Assembly: GCA_973895155.1 (NCBI GenBank)
Contig: OZ316893.1
Span: 15,654,645-15,718,644, forward strand
From: Marsupella aquatica
Lineage: Eukaryota; Plantae; Marchantiophyta
Direction: 5' to 3'
DNA: 64,000 nt
Numbering within the stretch: the stretch's first letter is position 1; every line of letters begins with the position of its first letter. Below the pieces are notes generated by a model. It searched no databases and was not told the origin of the DNA. It saw nothing but the letters and a program-made list of their open reading frames with translations. A program made the position numbers and the translations under genes. Of the stretch, positions 11,625-23,606 are shown in pieces.

Positions 11625-14600
11625 ATGGCGCAAGCATGCATACCTCATTCCTCGTCAATAAGGTAAAATCCGCGTCCCTGTCATAAACCTATTTCGGGCT
11701 CACTGTGACTTTTACACTTCCAGAATTTCTATATCGCTCATGTCTGTGTCCCTCCACCTTCCTCCGTAGTGCGATTAATCTCAGTTTCAGCCATACTACA
11801 ATATATTCTATCAGCATGCAGTTTATCCTTTAGAATTTCCTACCGTTTGGCTCATCGTCGCTCTCCTGTGCTTACTTACTCGCTGGCAGTGGAGCATCAG
11901 TATCATCCCCTCGCTTGCTCTGGAGCCCTTCCGAAGCCCTCGAGAAACCGTGGAGAGCGTTGCAGGAAGTAATTAGGCTGTTGCTGGACAACTTTTAACT
12001 TCTGCAAGCCCTGCTCGGCATGATTCAATGACGCTGTTGCTGGATAACTTGTAACCTTCTGCAAGCTCTGTTCGTCTCGACTCCTTCAAATTCTTTATGG
12101 CCGTTTGCCTTAGTATTCCAAGATTGTAGGAGCATTCAGCTTAATTCAGGCGGTCGTTTTTGTAGATCGTCAATTTAGGGTAACATTATCGTAGTTGGAA
12201 AAATGTTCCCCTATGTTCCCTTGGATCTGCACAAAAGCGCCCCAATACGCCCTACTTTGCGATCCTCTCCCCTTTCATATCAACCATAGTGCCCTCTATC
12301 CAAAAACTTTCGCAAGTCATTCGTAGGGGCTTTACTTGTTCCCTGCAGCGTCCGTTTGCATGTTAGGACGGATGCCTTGAAGGCCTTGATCTCTACTGAA
12401 AGCTTGACAGATTGATAGTCCTGTCCCGAAATGTAGGTTCCCAGCATGTTGCACAAGGGAAATTAGTTATAACATTGCGTCCCTTGTCTTCGCTGCAGAG
12501 CGATCTCATTCCATGAACAAGCCTTTGGAAATGAAGCTCGCCCTTTCAATTTCTTGGAGACTTAATTAATTCTTATCTCTCCTCACCCACGGTCGTGGCT
12601 TTGCGCCGGCCTCTAGAGTTTCTTGTCAGCAAGAGCCTCCCTCTTAAAATGCCGATGAACCTCCCGAGTTACTGAGTGCAAGATTACCCACGCTGCGACA
12701 TGTCAATTCTTCTCTTCGTAGTCCCCAGTCATTTATGTCAGTGTAAGCCATGGAATGATTTCCTTGAATAATTACTTATTATGGAAGTTCTTTAGCAAGT
12801 TTCTTGGTTGGTGACGTTCCGAAACCTACCTAACCTAAAGTAGACGTCTTCAGGTTGGGTGGGAATTTGCTGTTTACAACTTTGAGGAAGGATGGCTCGC
12901 AACAACCGTCGTGGATGGTAAGCAGAGTTGCTATAATATCATAGAGTCCATGCAGTGGCTTCTGTTCGAGGAGAGGGAGACCTCATCAGAATTACTCCGT
13001 CTTGAAGAATCTATCGTTAGTTAACCTGCAACCTCCTTTGCAGACGACCAAATCTAGATTTTGGGGAAACGTCGAGATGCTTGGGTGTGGCAATCTATGC
13101 AGTTCTGGTCGTGGATTTTCTCTATCTGGAAGAGCAGTACCCAATGCTCACAAAGCCAGGTGCGGAATCCATTCGAGTGCTGTGCTGCAATTTGCTGAAC
13201 GCTTGTTATTGCATCTGTCCTCTTTTCCAGGCTTGCCCGTCCCTTAGTTTACCTACAAGATTCTATGATATGCTGTTAATGGTATGTACAAGTAAAATAT
13301 CTGTGGTACAGTACAAGCGTACCGTGAATGTTGGACATTAGAAGTTTCTTTCCCACCGTTCAGAATATGCGACAGGTGCTGAGCGAAACTTGATGACTTG
13401 ATCGATTCCTAACTTTTCTTGTGTTTCTTTGTTAACTCGTTGGCGTGTTGTGTTTACAGGGTTTCGTGCTTGTAATGTCTATTTTCTTACTAACATCTGC
13501 AAGTCTGCACATATGATGTAGGAATCGAGTTCCAAAACTAGTCAGTTCAAGTATTCGAGAGCCTCACCCAAGCAAGAACACAAGCGGTGGAAGTCAATTT
13601 TCAAGCTCGCCAAAAAAACATCAAACCATTTCTGATGGACTTACCCCGAGCAGTTCATCTGCCAGTGCAGCATCAGCCACAGTCCCAACTGTGCCAGTTG
13701 AGGTTGAGGAGTCTGGCCCGGAGTTTTCTATCAGGATGGATAATGAGTCCACTCCGGGCGTGTCTGTGATTGAAATTCAGGGTGTCGACCAGGAGAACTT
13801 ATTGGTTGATGTTACAAGCAGCTTCAGTGAAATGAGAGTAAGGCAAGTTTATCTGAGTTTGTCACTGTTTGACCTATGTAGTTCTGACCTTTATGCAAAC
13901 TATTCTTTCCTTTTCAGGACAACTTGCATATCACCAGTGCAATTGTCTTTCCTGGAATTCTCCGGGCTTGCTGGGACTCTCTGGATTGATGAAATAATTA
14001 CATGGCAAAACCTCTGATCCTTCGTATCTGATACATAAACAGTGTACAAAGTGCAAAAGTCCTTACTAGGAATGATCGTGTATTAGACATCTTCACTGTG
14101 GTGGATTCTGAGACGAAGGCAGCCCTAGATGAAGACCAGTGGCTGAAAGTCAAAGAAAAAGTACTCACCAAGTTGAAACGACGTAGAAGCATTCATGCAT
14201 CTAGAAACGATCCACTCCTTCTGGATCAGGTGCGCCAACATTCTCATCAGGTTGCTGCTACTGTGTACCATTGGCATTAGAAATGTATCTTGTTAAGTTT
14301 GATGTACAAATCAGATTGCAAACTGGATGTATCTGGCCAAATATCAAGTTTCCTTGGTCGCATTCTTTCTGTGCTCGAATTTTGTAAAGTTGGCTCGAGT
14401 GAATGCCTTGCAAAGGAAACATAAGTATCTTACAAATGATAGAGTTCAACTGGGAAATGGACAGGTGTCATTTCTCTGTTCAGCATTGGACAAGGTAGTG
14501 GAGGAACATGGCACTGCAGAAGTAGTTGAAGCCGTGAGTTTCGTTCCTCCTCTCGTTCCAGATCTGTTATTGTCTTTGGGCATCAATTTTATTGAAAGCG

Positions 14601-17600
14601 ATCGCGAGAGTGGTATATCCCTGACATGTTTGATTACATATGGATATGTTTAAGCCCTCTAATTTTCTGTGGAATTGGCTTTGCAGGCATATTTTCTTCA
14701 GAGCGGAATTGAATCTCTGAAATTCAATGAGGATCCTAGGAAGCGAGCGGATTTGCTGCGTTACGTTGATAACATGGAGCAATCAAAGGTAGAGTACTTG
14801 TTTCACATACTTAGTGACAGGACAATGTGATAGGTAGAGCAAAGAGCTGAGGCAGTTCTGGTGGATCCCTGACATACTTGGCTGATGGTTTCCAATCGCA
14901 GATAACTGGAGTCATAAGAATATTCTACCTTTATGCCGCACTTTTAAATGTAGCTGACGAAGCACACAGTCATCGTCAACGGCGGGAGCAGGTGCAGATC
15001 CTGAACCTTGCTGATCTTGTTAAAATGCTTTGTGAGACTTCTTATGTTGTATCACCTGAAGAGTTAAGGATGGAGCTATTGATGTCCGGGTGAAACAAAT
15101 CTGGAATTATTCATTACAGAAATGTGCTGGGAATGCTATGGCTTGTCGTCTTGGATAGAAATCTACACAGATTGGTGCAGGGAATGTGTAGGCGGTTGGG
15201 TTTGCATTGATGCATATTGCTCCTGTACAGGTGTGGGCTAGCCAACATGCCACGCCGTTATGGTATGCGTCTTTTGATCACACTCTTAGACTTTTTAAGA
15301 AAGCTGGTGTTAGTCCCAACGAGCTTCAGGAGCTTTTGGATCGTACTGAGGTGAGACAAGCAAGTCTAAGCTCTTGGTTCCTCCGAGCATTGAATAGCCA
15401 GTTTACTCCACTTCGTACCTTCTGTTAGTTGACTTAAGTGGATGAATGAATCGATATGAAGTTGTGATTTTGACAGATTCTACAGTGCAATTTTCTACGT
15501 TCATCATTCCTGTATCGCTTGAGGGCACGAACTCACCTGCCCGATAAAAGAAAATCTAACTAGTACTGAAGTACGCCCTTTTCAATCTTGCAGTACAGTC
15601 CAGTTTTTACAGCTCATCCAACAGAAGCTCGACGCAGAGAAATTCTCACCTGTCTGCACCGGATCTTTGACCTCTGCATCGCTAGAGAGGTTTTTCCCGA
15701 ATATGTTGAAAACCAAGTAGTGTGACGGCTTCATTTCATTCGTGATCACATTTGCGAATCTGCTAAGTCCAACCTTGTGTCGTTTGTACATACTATCACC
15801 ACAGGCGTTGGATGTCATGTTTCTTGAAAAGAGCGGAGAGATTTTACTGTTGGTCTATTGCGCTGTTAGTCCTACCTTCTATTTAATTGTGCCTAAATTA
15901 CTATACTTTCCTGGTGGTATTGAGGAGACAAGAATTGCTCACGTTGGAAATCATAAACATTTTCTAACAGGACCCAAGGCTGAGCCCTGCACAGAAGACA
16001 GAGATTGAAGCTGAAGTCGAAGCTGAGGTTGGATGATAGACTTACTCGGTTATCCCTGGGTCTTTACTTCCGTTTCATTGTTGCTCTGCTGTCTTATTAT
16101 TCCCCTTCATTGTTTACAGCTTGTGCAAGCGGGTGGTCGGAGCAATTTATGCTAGTTATGAGTTTTCTCTAAGCCTGACATTTTTTCGCCGAGGATCTTT
16201 GTACAAGGGCAGTTGCATGGGCACTTTTGTTCGGGCAAGATGTGCGTTGTTTACAGGGGCAATTGAAAGTAGAATCGTTTTGTTACTGGCAAGACGTTGC
16301 ACTAAGAGGGTGAAAAGAAAGGAACTGCATATTTATTATTTGATAGTCATGTTAATTCTGCTCAAACGGCCGCAGATTGAGATCTTGTGGAGGACAGATG
16401 AAATGCGCCAAACAAAACCAACAGTGATGGAAGAAATCATGACTGGTCTCGATTACTTCCGTTACTCCCTCTTTGAAGCTGTCTGCACTACTTACAGATA
16501 TGCTGAAAATTCACTGAAGGTACAATAGTTCTGTGTCTGAATTCCCTCAAGAGCATAAGCATAATTTGAGTGGAAACTCCGTCCCAAATACATTATTGAG
16601 CCGATTCAATGACTTTAAGACTCAGGGTGGATGATAAGCTTATCATTGCAATTTGGTGGATGAGGCAGCATGTTTATGGAGGTACGGTGGTACTTCCCAG
16701 TTTAATTAAATTTGGATCATGGATTGGTGGTGACCGTGATGGAAACCCTTATGGTAGGTCACAAGTTTCCTATGCATCGGGAAATGATTTTCGTTTGTTT
16801 TTAGCATCTGAAGTTTTCTCCTAATTCATTGAACCATAAGACGTTTGTGAACTCTCGCAGGTTCCTAAACTTTCTGGATGTCGTTTTGCTTCTTTTCTGA
16901 ATGCAGTGCTTCCAGAAACTACTGTTATGGCTGCCCTTCTTGCGAGTAGGCTGATTGTTGCTGAGTACATACGACGGTGTCGCGCCTGTCAGGTTGCTGC
17001 TTTTACTTGCTCGATCTTTCTACAGAGATGACATCCATTGACCGTCTCCTTCTTTCTCGTATTCCCTTCTTAGTTTAGTGCGGCAAAGATTTTCTCGTTG
17101 TCGTTGCATACTGCAATGACTACTGTCTACTTTTTGTGCTGAAATCCATACGAATTCTATTTTTGGATTTGTTTTTATCAACAGTGTAAAAAACATTCAA
17201 AATTAGCTGGTTTAAGTAAGTCATCTTGAGCGATCATGGAAATGTTTCCACGGAACAAATTTCTCCCAATAACTAGGGTTTTAAGAAGCATTTCATTATC
17301 GCAGTCTCTATACTGCTTGTTGTAAAGTGATCATAGACATGTCAGGTTACAACTGTCGTATGACACAAACTATTAAGATGAAATCGTTAGTTGTATTTGC
17401 TGTAGGAAAAATCAACTATCTATTCAGTCATCACGCCTGAGACTTCTGTCTTGTTGTACTGATTCTTTTGAGGTTCTCGCAAATTTCATGGATGTTACAG
17501 GACACATTGACGCAGTCATTGCAAATCTGCAAAGTATCACCACAATTGCTGGAAAGTCTAGAAGAAGACAAAAAGATTATTGAAAAGATCCCTACCCTTC

Positions 17601-20600
17601 GACATCAAGTCGGTGCGTTTGAACAGGTGCTTATTAAGACCGGGTCCGACAATTGTGTTGGTCTCTCTCGAATCTAATTCTCCTGCCTGGCATTGTCAGC
17701 TGGAGGTTTCTAACCAGTAGTATGTTTTATTTCAGGAACCTTACCGCCTAAAGTTGCGAGTAATGCGACATCGTCTGGAGCAGATGCTTCGAACTGTAAA
17801 TGCCCTCTTACGCAAGTTGGGTGGAACTAACCTAAGTGATGAGGTAAACTTAAGCTGGATTTCTTGCTTGTATATCGTATTGCAACAGTTGGAGAGTTGT
17901 CCGTTCTAGACTTCTTGAAGATAGGTTGTCTTTTCTCTGGATATTTGAGGATTGCAATTTTCCCTTTCCTTTCCAGTATTGGAGTTATTGTTCCGCGTAT
18001 CTGGCAAAATTGAATAGAAATAACGTGTAAACTTTGTGCAAATTTTGGTCCAGTTGCTGATTGACATTGAGTACAATATAGATCAAATACCTGGGCTTGA
18101 TCCCAAGGAGGATACGTATGCTGACGAGCGAGGTTTTCTACATGACCTCAAATTGATTGATGTGAGTTTAGTGTTCTCTCTGTATGGGAATTAAACTGAC
18201 TTCCCTTGAATGGTGGAAGGACTCCCTATTTAAAATGCATTCGCAATAGTTTAAGCATCCCGTCTCGTCCAATTGATCAGGATGTAGTTATAGCATAATG
18301 CAAGAGTTTCTCTCCACAAACGGACTCAATTGTCAGGATTCTGTTGTATGGTCTGCAGCGATCGTTGAGAGAAAGTGGGGATGTGCGACTGGCTGATAGC
18401 AAGCTTAAGGATCTGATCCGACTAGCAGAGACTTTCGGATTTCATCTGACTTCTCTGGATGTCCGGCAAGAGTCTACTCTGCATACAGAAGTGCGTGCTC
18501 AATGCTTTCTGTTTTGTGGACATGACAACTGGTAGAAACAAATTAGTTTAACTTTACTTGACAAATTACAGAGTATTATTGTGCGCAACTGCTTCAGATT
18601 TGCTTTGATGTGTTCCGTAAAGTAATAGATGACGTCTAAATTCTTGGGCAGGCTACTGCAGAATGCATGAAGCTTCTGGGCTTTGCAGAAGACTACAAGT
18701 CGTTACGTGAGGAAGAGAAGATGGCCACACTTGCAGAAGCTTTGGCCAAGCCACCTCCTGTTGACAAGGTTGAGGTAAGTGAATAAAACTATTACTTTCT
18801 CAATCAGGCATCTGCTAATGGGCTTATGGACGATGATCTGTGTATCCTAGCTGACAGAAATGTTTTGCAGGGCTTACTGAAGACAGTGTCAGATTCAACC
18901 CGTGAGGTTCTTGGAATCTGCAGTGCTTGTGCGGAAATCATGGACACCATCGCTCCTAAAGCTATAGCATCCTATGTTATTTCTATGACGCGTTCAGCGT
19001 CAAATGTCATGGAGGTGAGTCTTTCCAACGCTTTCATTTATGTGTGCTTTTGTTTTTGCAGATAAATGTTCTATAAAGTTACTTCCCGTAACAGATCTCC
19101 TTTGCTCTGCAACATTCTGTGTTACGCAGGTATTATTTTTAGCATGGTTCACATGTCAAGGCCTAATTGGAAAGACATCGTCCGGTGAATGGAAAGCCAA
19201 CATGGTGGTTTCCCCATTGTTTGAGACAATTCCTGACTTGGAGGTACTGTATTATATCGAGCCTACTTGATCAGGCTGTAGTTTTACCTAGGCCTCTCTG
19301 TCGTGAGGATCTATCAAATCTCTGAATCGCAGCAATTGTCATCTACCGGGAGTTGATGAGGTGGATGGGGTCGATCTGATTCAGAACATGCCCGGAGCAC
19401 TGGAGCTTCTGCTTGAGAACAACATTTATAAAGAAATCTTGGAGGCATCTGGTGGTGTCCAGGTGCGTTGTCAACGACCCTGTAGTCTGACAATTCTTAT
19501 GCGGGTAATGTAATTGTCAGGAGAGCGTTGGTTGACAAAATAGTCTTTATCTGGTAATTTCTCAATTACTAATCCAGGTTCATAATAAATTACAAATAAT
19601 GCAAGCATCCCTGGCAGGTCGGTACAATCTTTTGAGAGTGCTCGTGTTGCTTTGCAGGAAGTCATGCTGGGTTACTCCGACTCATGTAAAGACGGAGGTA
19701 TCTTTGCCAGTGCTTACAATCTGTACAAAGCTCAAGAGGTGATTCAAAGGATCACAAACAAGGCAGGAGTCAAGTCCCGCATATTTCATGGGCGTGGTGG
19801 CACAGTTGGGCGAGGAGCGGGCCCAACCCATGAAAGTGTCCTTGCGCAGGTATCAATTTTGGGTTGCCAGTCTTCTCTCAACTTCTGTACAGGGGTGTGA
19901 CAAGGATTAATGGTATATTGCAATTTTTTGGTGTTTTGTAGTTTGTGAGGAGAGATTCTCAGAAGCGGTCCTTCGAGCTTGTGGTCCTATGTGGGAAAGC
20001 CTCCGACGCCAGCTAGGACTGCATTCCTAATGTTCATGATCTCGTTACAGCCACCCGGGAGCGTTGATGGCAAAATTAAATTCACGGAGCAAGGCGAAGT
20101 CATCACATATCGTTACGGCAACGCTCCGACAGCAACCTATGAGCTCACGGTGGGTCTTGTCAAAACTAGGACCCTCAGTTGGCGACGCTTTCGTAAGTCG
20201 TCAATGTAGGGAATTTTTTTTTAAATTCTGATGAGGTCATATGATTCCGGAAATTAGACTGCGTTGCTCTTTTCATTCAAGATTCACCAGAAATACATAT
20301 TAGACAGGAATGTTGCTGTTCGGAATTACGAAAAATCGGCGCAGACGTTCTTCGCGTTCACGGCGTAATATTTGTGTTTGTATTTTGCAGGTTGGTATTA
20401 CTGGCCTCCTCAAAGCCAGTCATCCGACTACACGCGCAGAGGTGGTGGACAACCAGAAGGTCTGTGCCCTCACATTTGGAATTTTAAAAGTTCAATGTTC
20501 CCACTGAGGTTTTTGATAATGGCTGTTTGTCTTCTCTATATGCGGTTTGTACTTTGTAGAGTTAACACTTGGATGTGGGCGGCTTGCAGTACTTCCAAGT

Positions 20601-22030
20601 TATGGATGAGCTAGCAGACCATGCAGAGAAGCACTATCGAGGATTGACTGACAACACGGAAGGCTTTTATGACTACTTCTATGATTGTACTGTGGTGAGC
20701 GAAATTGGGCTTATCAATATCGGTAGTCGGCCTACCCGACGGAAAGCTGCTGTCCGTGATAAGACGTCCTTGCGAGCCATTCCTTGGGTGTTTGGATGGG
20801 CACAGGTAGGGTCAAGAACTCTTGATGTGAGTCGAGAAAGTCGATCATCTTGACGAGGACATAAATGTAGCTAAACTAATCAATAATTCGTGCCTTGATA
20901 CCCGCCGTCTTCATTACATCGGGAAGTAGCTGAAGAGACAATTTCGGAATCTAGGAGCCTTTTTGATTTGACGGTACTGCTGTCTGGCTGGCAGTCTCGG
21001 CACACGCTTCCGGCTTGGTATGGAGTTGGCAGTGGTATACTTGGATACACTCAAAATGATCCTAGTCGTATTCAGGAGCTTCAGCGAATGTACATTGAGT
21101 GGCCATTTTTCCGCAATTTTCTTTCGAATGTCCAGGTATTAAAATCAAGAACATCTCGTCATTTAGCTCAGCAATTCAAAGGACTCGCGTTGCAGAGACG
21201 TCCTCTCTAGGACTGCACTGCATTTTAAGATTTCGCATCAGTTAATAGTTTTGTCCTCTGCAGATGTCGCTCTTCAAGGCATCCATGGAAATTGCACAGG
21301 AGTATGCCAGACTTTGCAGGTTAACCTTTTTGTCCACACCCCCATCCCCCTCCGTCTCTCTCCTCTTCTTCCTCTTCTCCCTTATCCTGGCAAGTGCATT
21401 GTCACTCATGGATCTCAAGCCATGCAGATCTTTGATTGTACTTCGCTGCTTTAGCCTGCCTAACGTGTGTTCTGTTCATCAAATCGCTCTTGATTGCAGT
21501 AACCGAATCACAGAAAGACTGGTCTACGATTTGGTTTCCCAAGAGTACTCCTTGACGATAGAACAGGTACATCTCTCAAGGACTACAAGATATAAGCAGC
21601 TTTAGTCATTGGAATTCCTATTCATTTGCGACTCTCTTCAAACGACAAGTGACGCTAGAACGCTCGCCTCAGGATTCTACCCGCCTGTGCAGATTTTGAT
21701 GATTTCGCAACAAAATGCACTACTCGAAGATAACGCAGGATTGCAGAGATCGTTCAACACTCGCCGGAAATATCTTGATCCTCTCAATCACATTCAAGTG
21801 AGTTTTCGTTTCTGGCTCATACTAACTTGAAGTTTGCAATAAATAATTTGTGTTGTATTAATTTCCTAGCTGGATCGTCATTTGACAATGGTCGGCTTAT
21901 TGGCTAACAGGTGATCTTGTTGGGGAGAAGGAGAGATCCAACTGCGTCTCAGGAACAAGTCTTAATCTGGGAAAAACCATTGCTGCGAACAATAAAAGCC
22001 ATTGCTAGCAACATGCGAAATACTGGATAG
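11625..22030 (+). CDS. ppc: Phosphoenolpyruvate carboxylase with putative plastid transit peptide and N-terminal ACT domain, about 1190 aa, 31 coding exons
   Basis: Hand-spliced, phase-consistent exons: 11625-11662, 12854-12917, 13044-13159, 13522-13842 (GC donor), 14043-14229, 14465-14533, 14687-14788, 14902-14991, 15231-15350, 15594-15689, 15971-16027, 16376-16519, 16669-16753, 16907-16992, 17501-17626, 17736-17843, 18054-18161, 18359-18490, 18652-18774, 18871-19014, 19130-19243, 19385-19462, 19658-19849, 20051-20149, 20391-20459, 20590-20805, 20995-21135, 21264-21319, 21500-21566, 21693-21797, 21911-22030. PEPC motifs: [97 protein letters not shown] and C-terminal MRNTG-stop. The first three exons are less certain than the rest. 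Confidence 0.93.
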
Positions 22031-23450
22031 GTGCTCATTTGTGGAATTGGTGACTACTCGTTTCCACTGCTCTTACTGTCCTGCCAACCTGCTCTCACAG
22101 AAGAATGTTCTCCTCCACTCGACTATGAAATCACTGGAATGTCTCGTCTAGCTCTTTGAGGTGATCTGGACGGTTTTTGAAATCTCAGAATATCAATTAA
22201 GTCTGGTGAACAATTTTACAAAGTTGTTCAGGAGGATAGATCGAGATCAGGAGTAACTCATTTTGGTGGATCGGGAAAATCAAATTCACGATCTCCGTAT
22301 ACCCGGACCTTAAGTAAGAATGTTAACATTAATGACGATTGTTTGATTGCCCAGGCCACACGACATTTCTTGCATCGTAAATGTGGAAACGCCTCTACCA
22401 GGGAACCTGGAGCCGCGAAAATACCCGGAGATGAGCCAGGCATACAGACGGTGAAGGTGAATGTCCGTAAAACCGTACATTCAAATGGGTTCCTGGCGAG
22501 CTTGCTGTAGGATTAGCACCCGTGCTGGAATGCGTCGTAATCGGAGTATTGTTGGGGGCATCAACTGGAAAAGACTTTCGTAGCTCAAGTTGGGTCCCTT
22601 CTGTTGTCCAAGAAGATATCAATCGTCTGTGATTTGCGGAACTGTCTCCCATCCTGTTGCTTCCTAAACCACTGTTCTTGTTTGGATGTGCCACTCGGGT
22701 CACCCATGACAGGTGTTACGCTGTTACTCTATTTATCTGCCATGTAATCGTTTGGGAGATCTCACATGTATTTTAAGCCAGTTTTCGGAGAGTGAAATTT
22801 GATTATCTTGGCAGCTGGTAGTCTTTAAGTGAAATTTCTTTCTGGTTTACGTTATAGGTAGATAGCAGAAAGATGCCACCTCTCGAAATGGCTCCTACTG
22901 CCATTTTGAAAATTCACGCAGAACATTGAACTCCTCTGACCCGACGCCTGGCCAGAAATTGCCGGTAGTATGTAATTGAAACGTATGAAGGATGTTTTCA
23001 TATGAGTCGTGTTAGTATTGAAGAATAGTTGATGGAGGTGTCATTATGTCCACTTTTTCAAAGAAAGTGGCGCAGTCACAGAGATAGGTGCTTGTTTACT
23101 CCGCAACCCAAAAAGCTCTTTGTATGCAGAGTTCTCTCGAGATGATGACGAGCTTAATTATCCACTCACTGCCTGTGGTTTCCAGTAAAGCCCAAACGGT
23201 ACTCATGTACTTTAATGCTTGATTAAACGTGACCATGGTTTTCATTAAGCTGAAATGGTTATAAATTGTATAACTCTTACGTGATACTGCACTGGTTGAT
23301 GTATATTTGGTTCTTTGTACCTACTGGAATAATTCATTAGTTTCAAGTTTCTGGATATCCACCTGGGGATATCCATGTGCTTAATCCTCATCGGTAGCTT
23401 TAGTTGTTTTTTCCTGACTGCCCTGCCATTTTTGGAACGCACCGGTGAGA

Positions 23451-23606
23451 ACCATACATACAACATGGGGAAATTAAGGGCTTTGTCACAGGATATCCGA
23501 CCACCATACATACAACATGGGGAAATTAAGGGCTTTGTCACAGGATATCCTACCACCATACATACAACATGGGGAAATTAAGGGCTTTGTCACAGGATAT
23601 CCGACC
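23451..23606. repeat. Minisatellite, 3 x 52 bp, near-perfect
   Basis: ACCATACATACAACATGGGGAAATTAAGGGCTTTGTCACAGGATATCC(G/T)ACC at 23451, 23503 and 23555. Confidence 0.95.

Noticed and set aside
11625-22030. PEPC as bacterial contamination or an ordinary plant BTPC
   Set aside because: Thirty spliceosomal introns and plant flanking genes exclude contamination. The AHPTE and SDSCKDGG motifs, the lack of a long disordered insert and the ACT domain differ from canonical BTPC.
23451-23606. CRISPR-like repeat array
   Set aside because: The units are contiguous 52-bp tandem copies with no unique spacers, there are no cas genes, and the context is eukaryotic.
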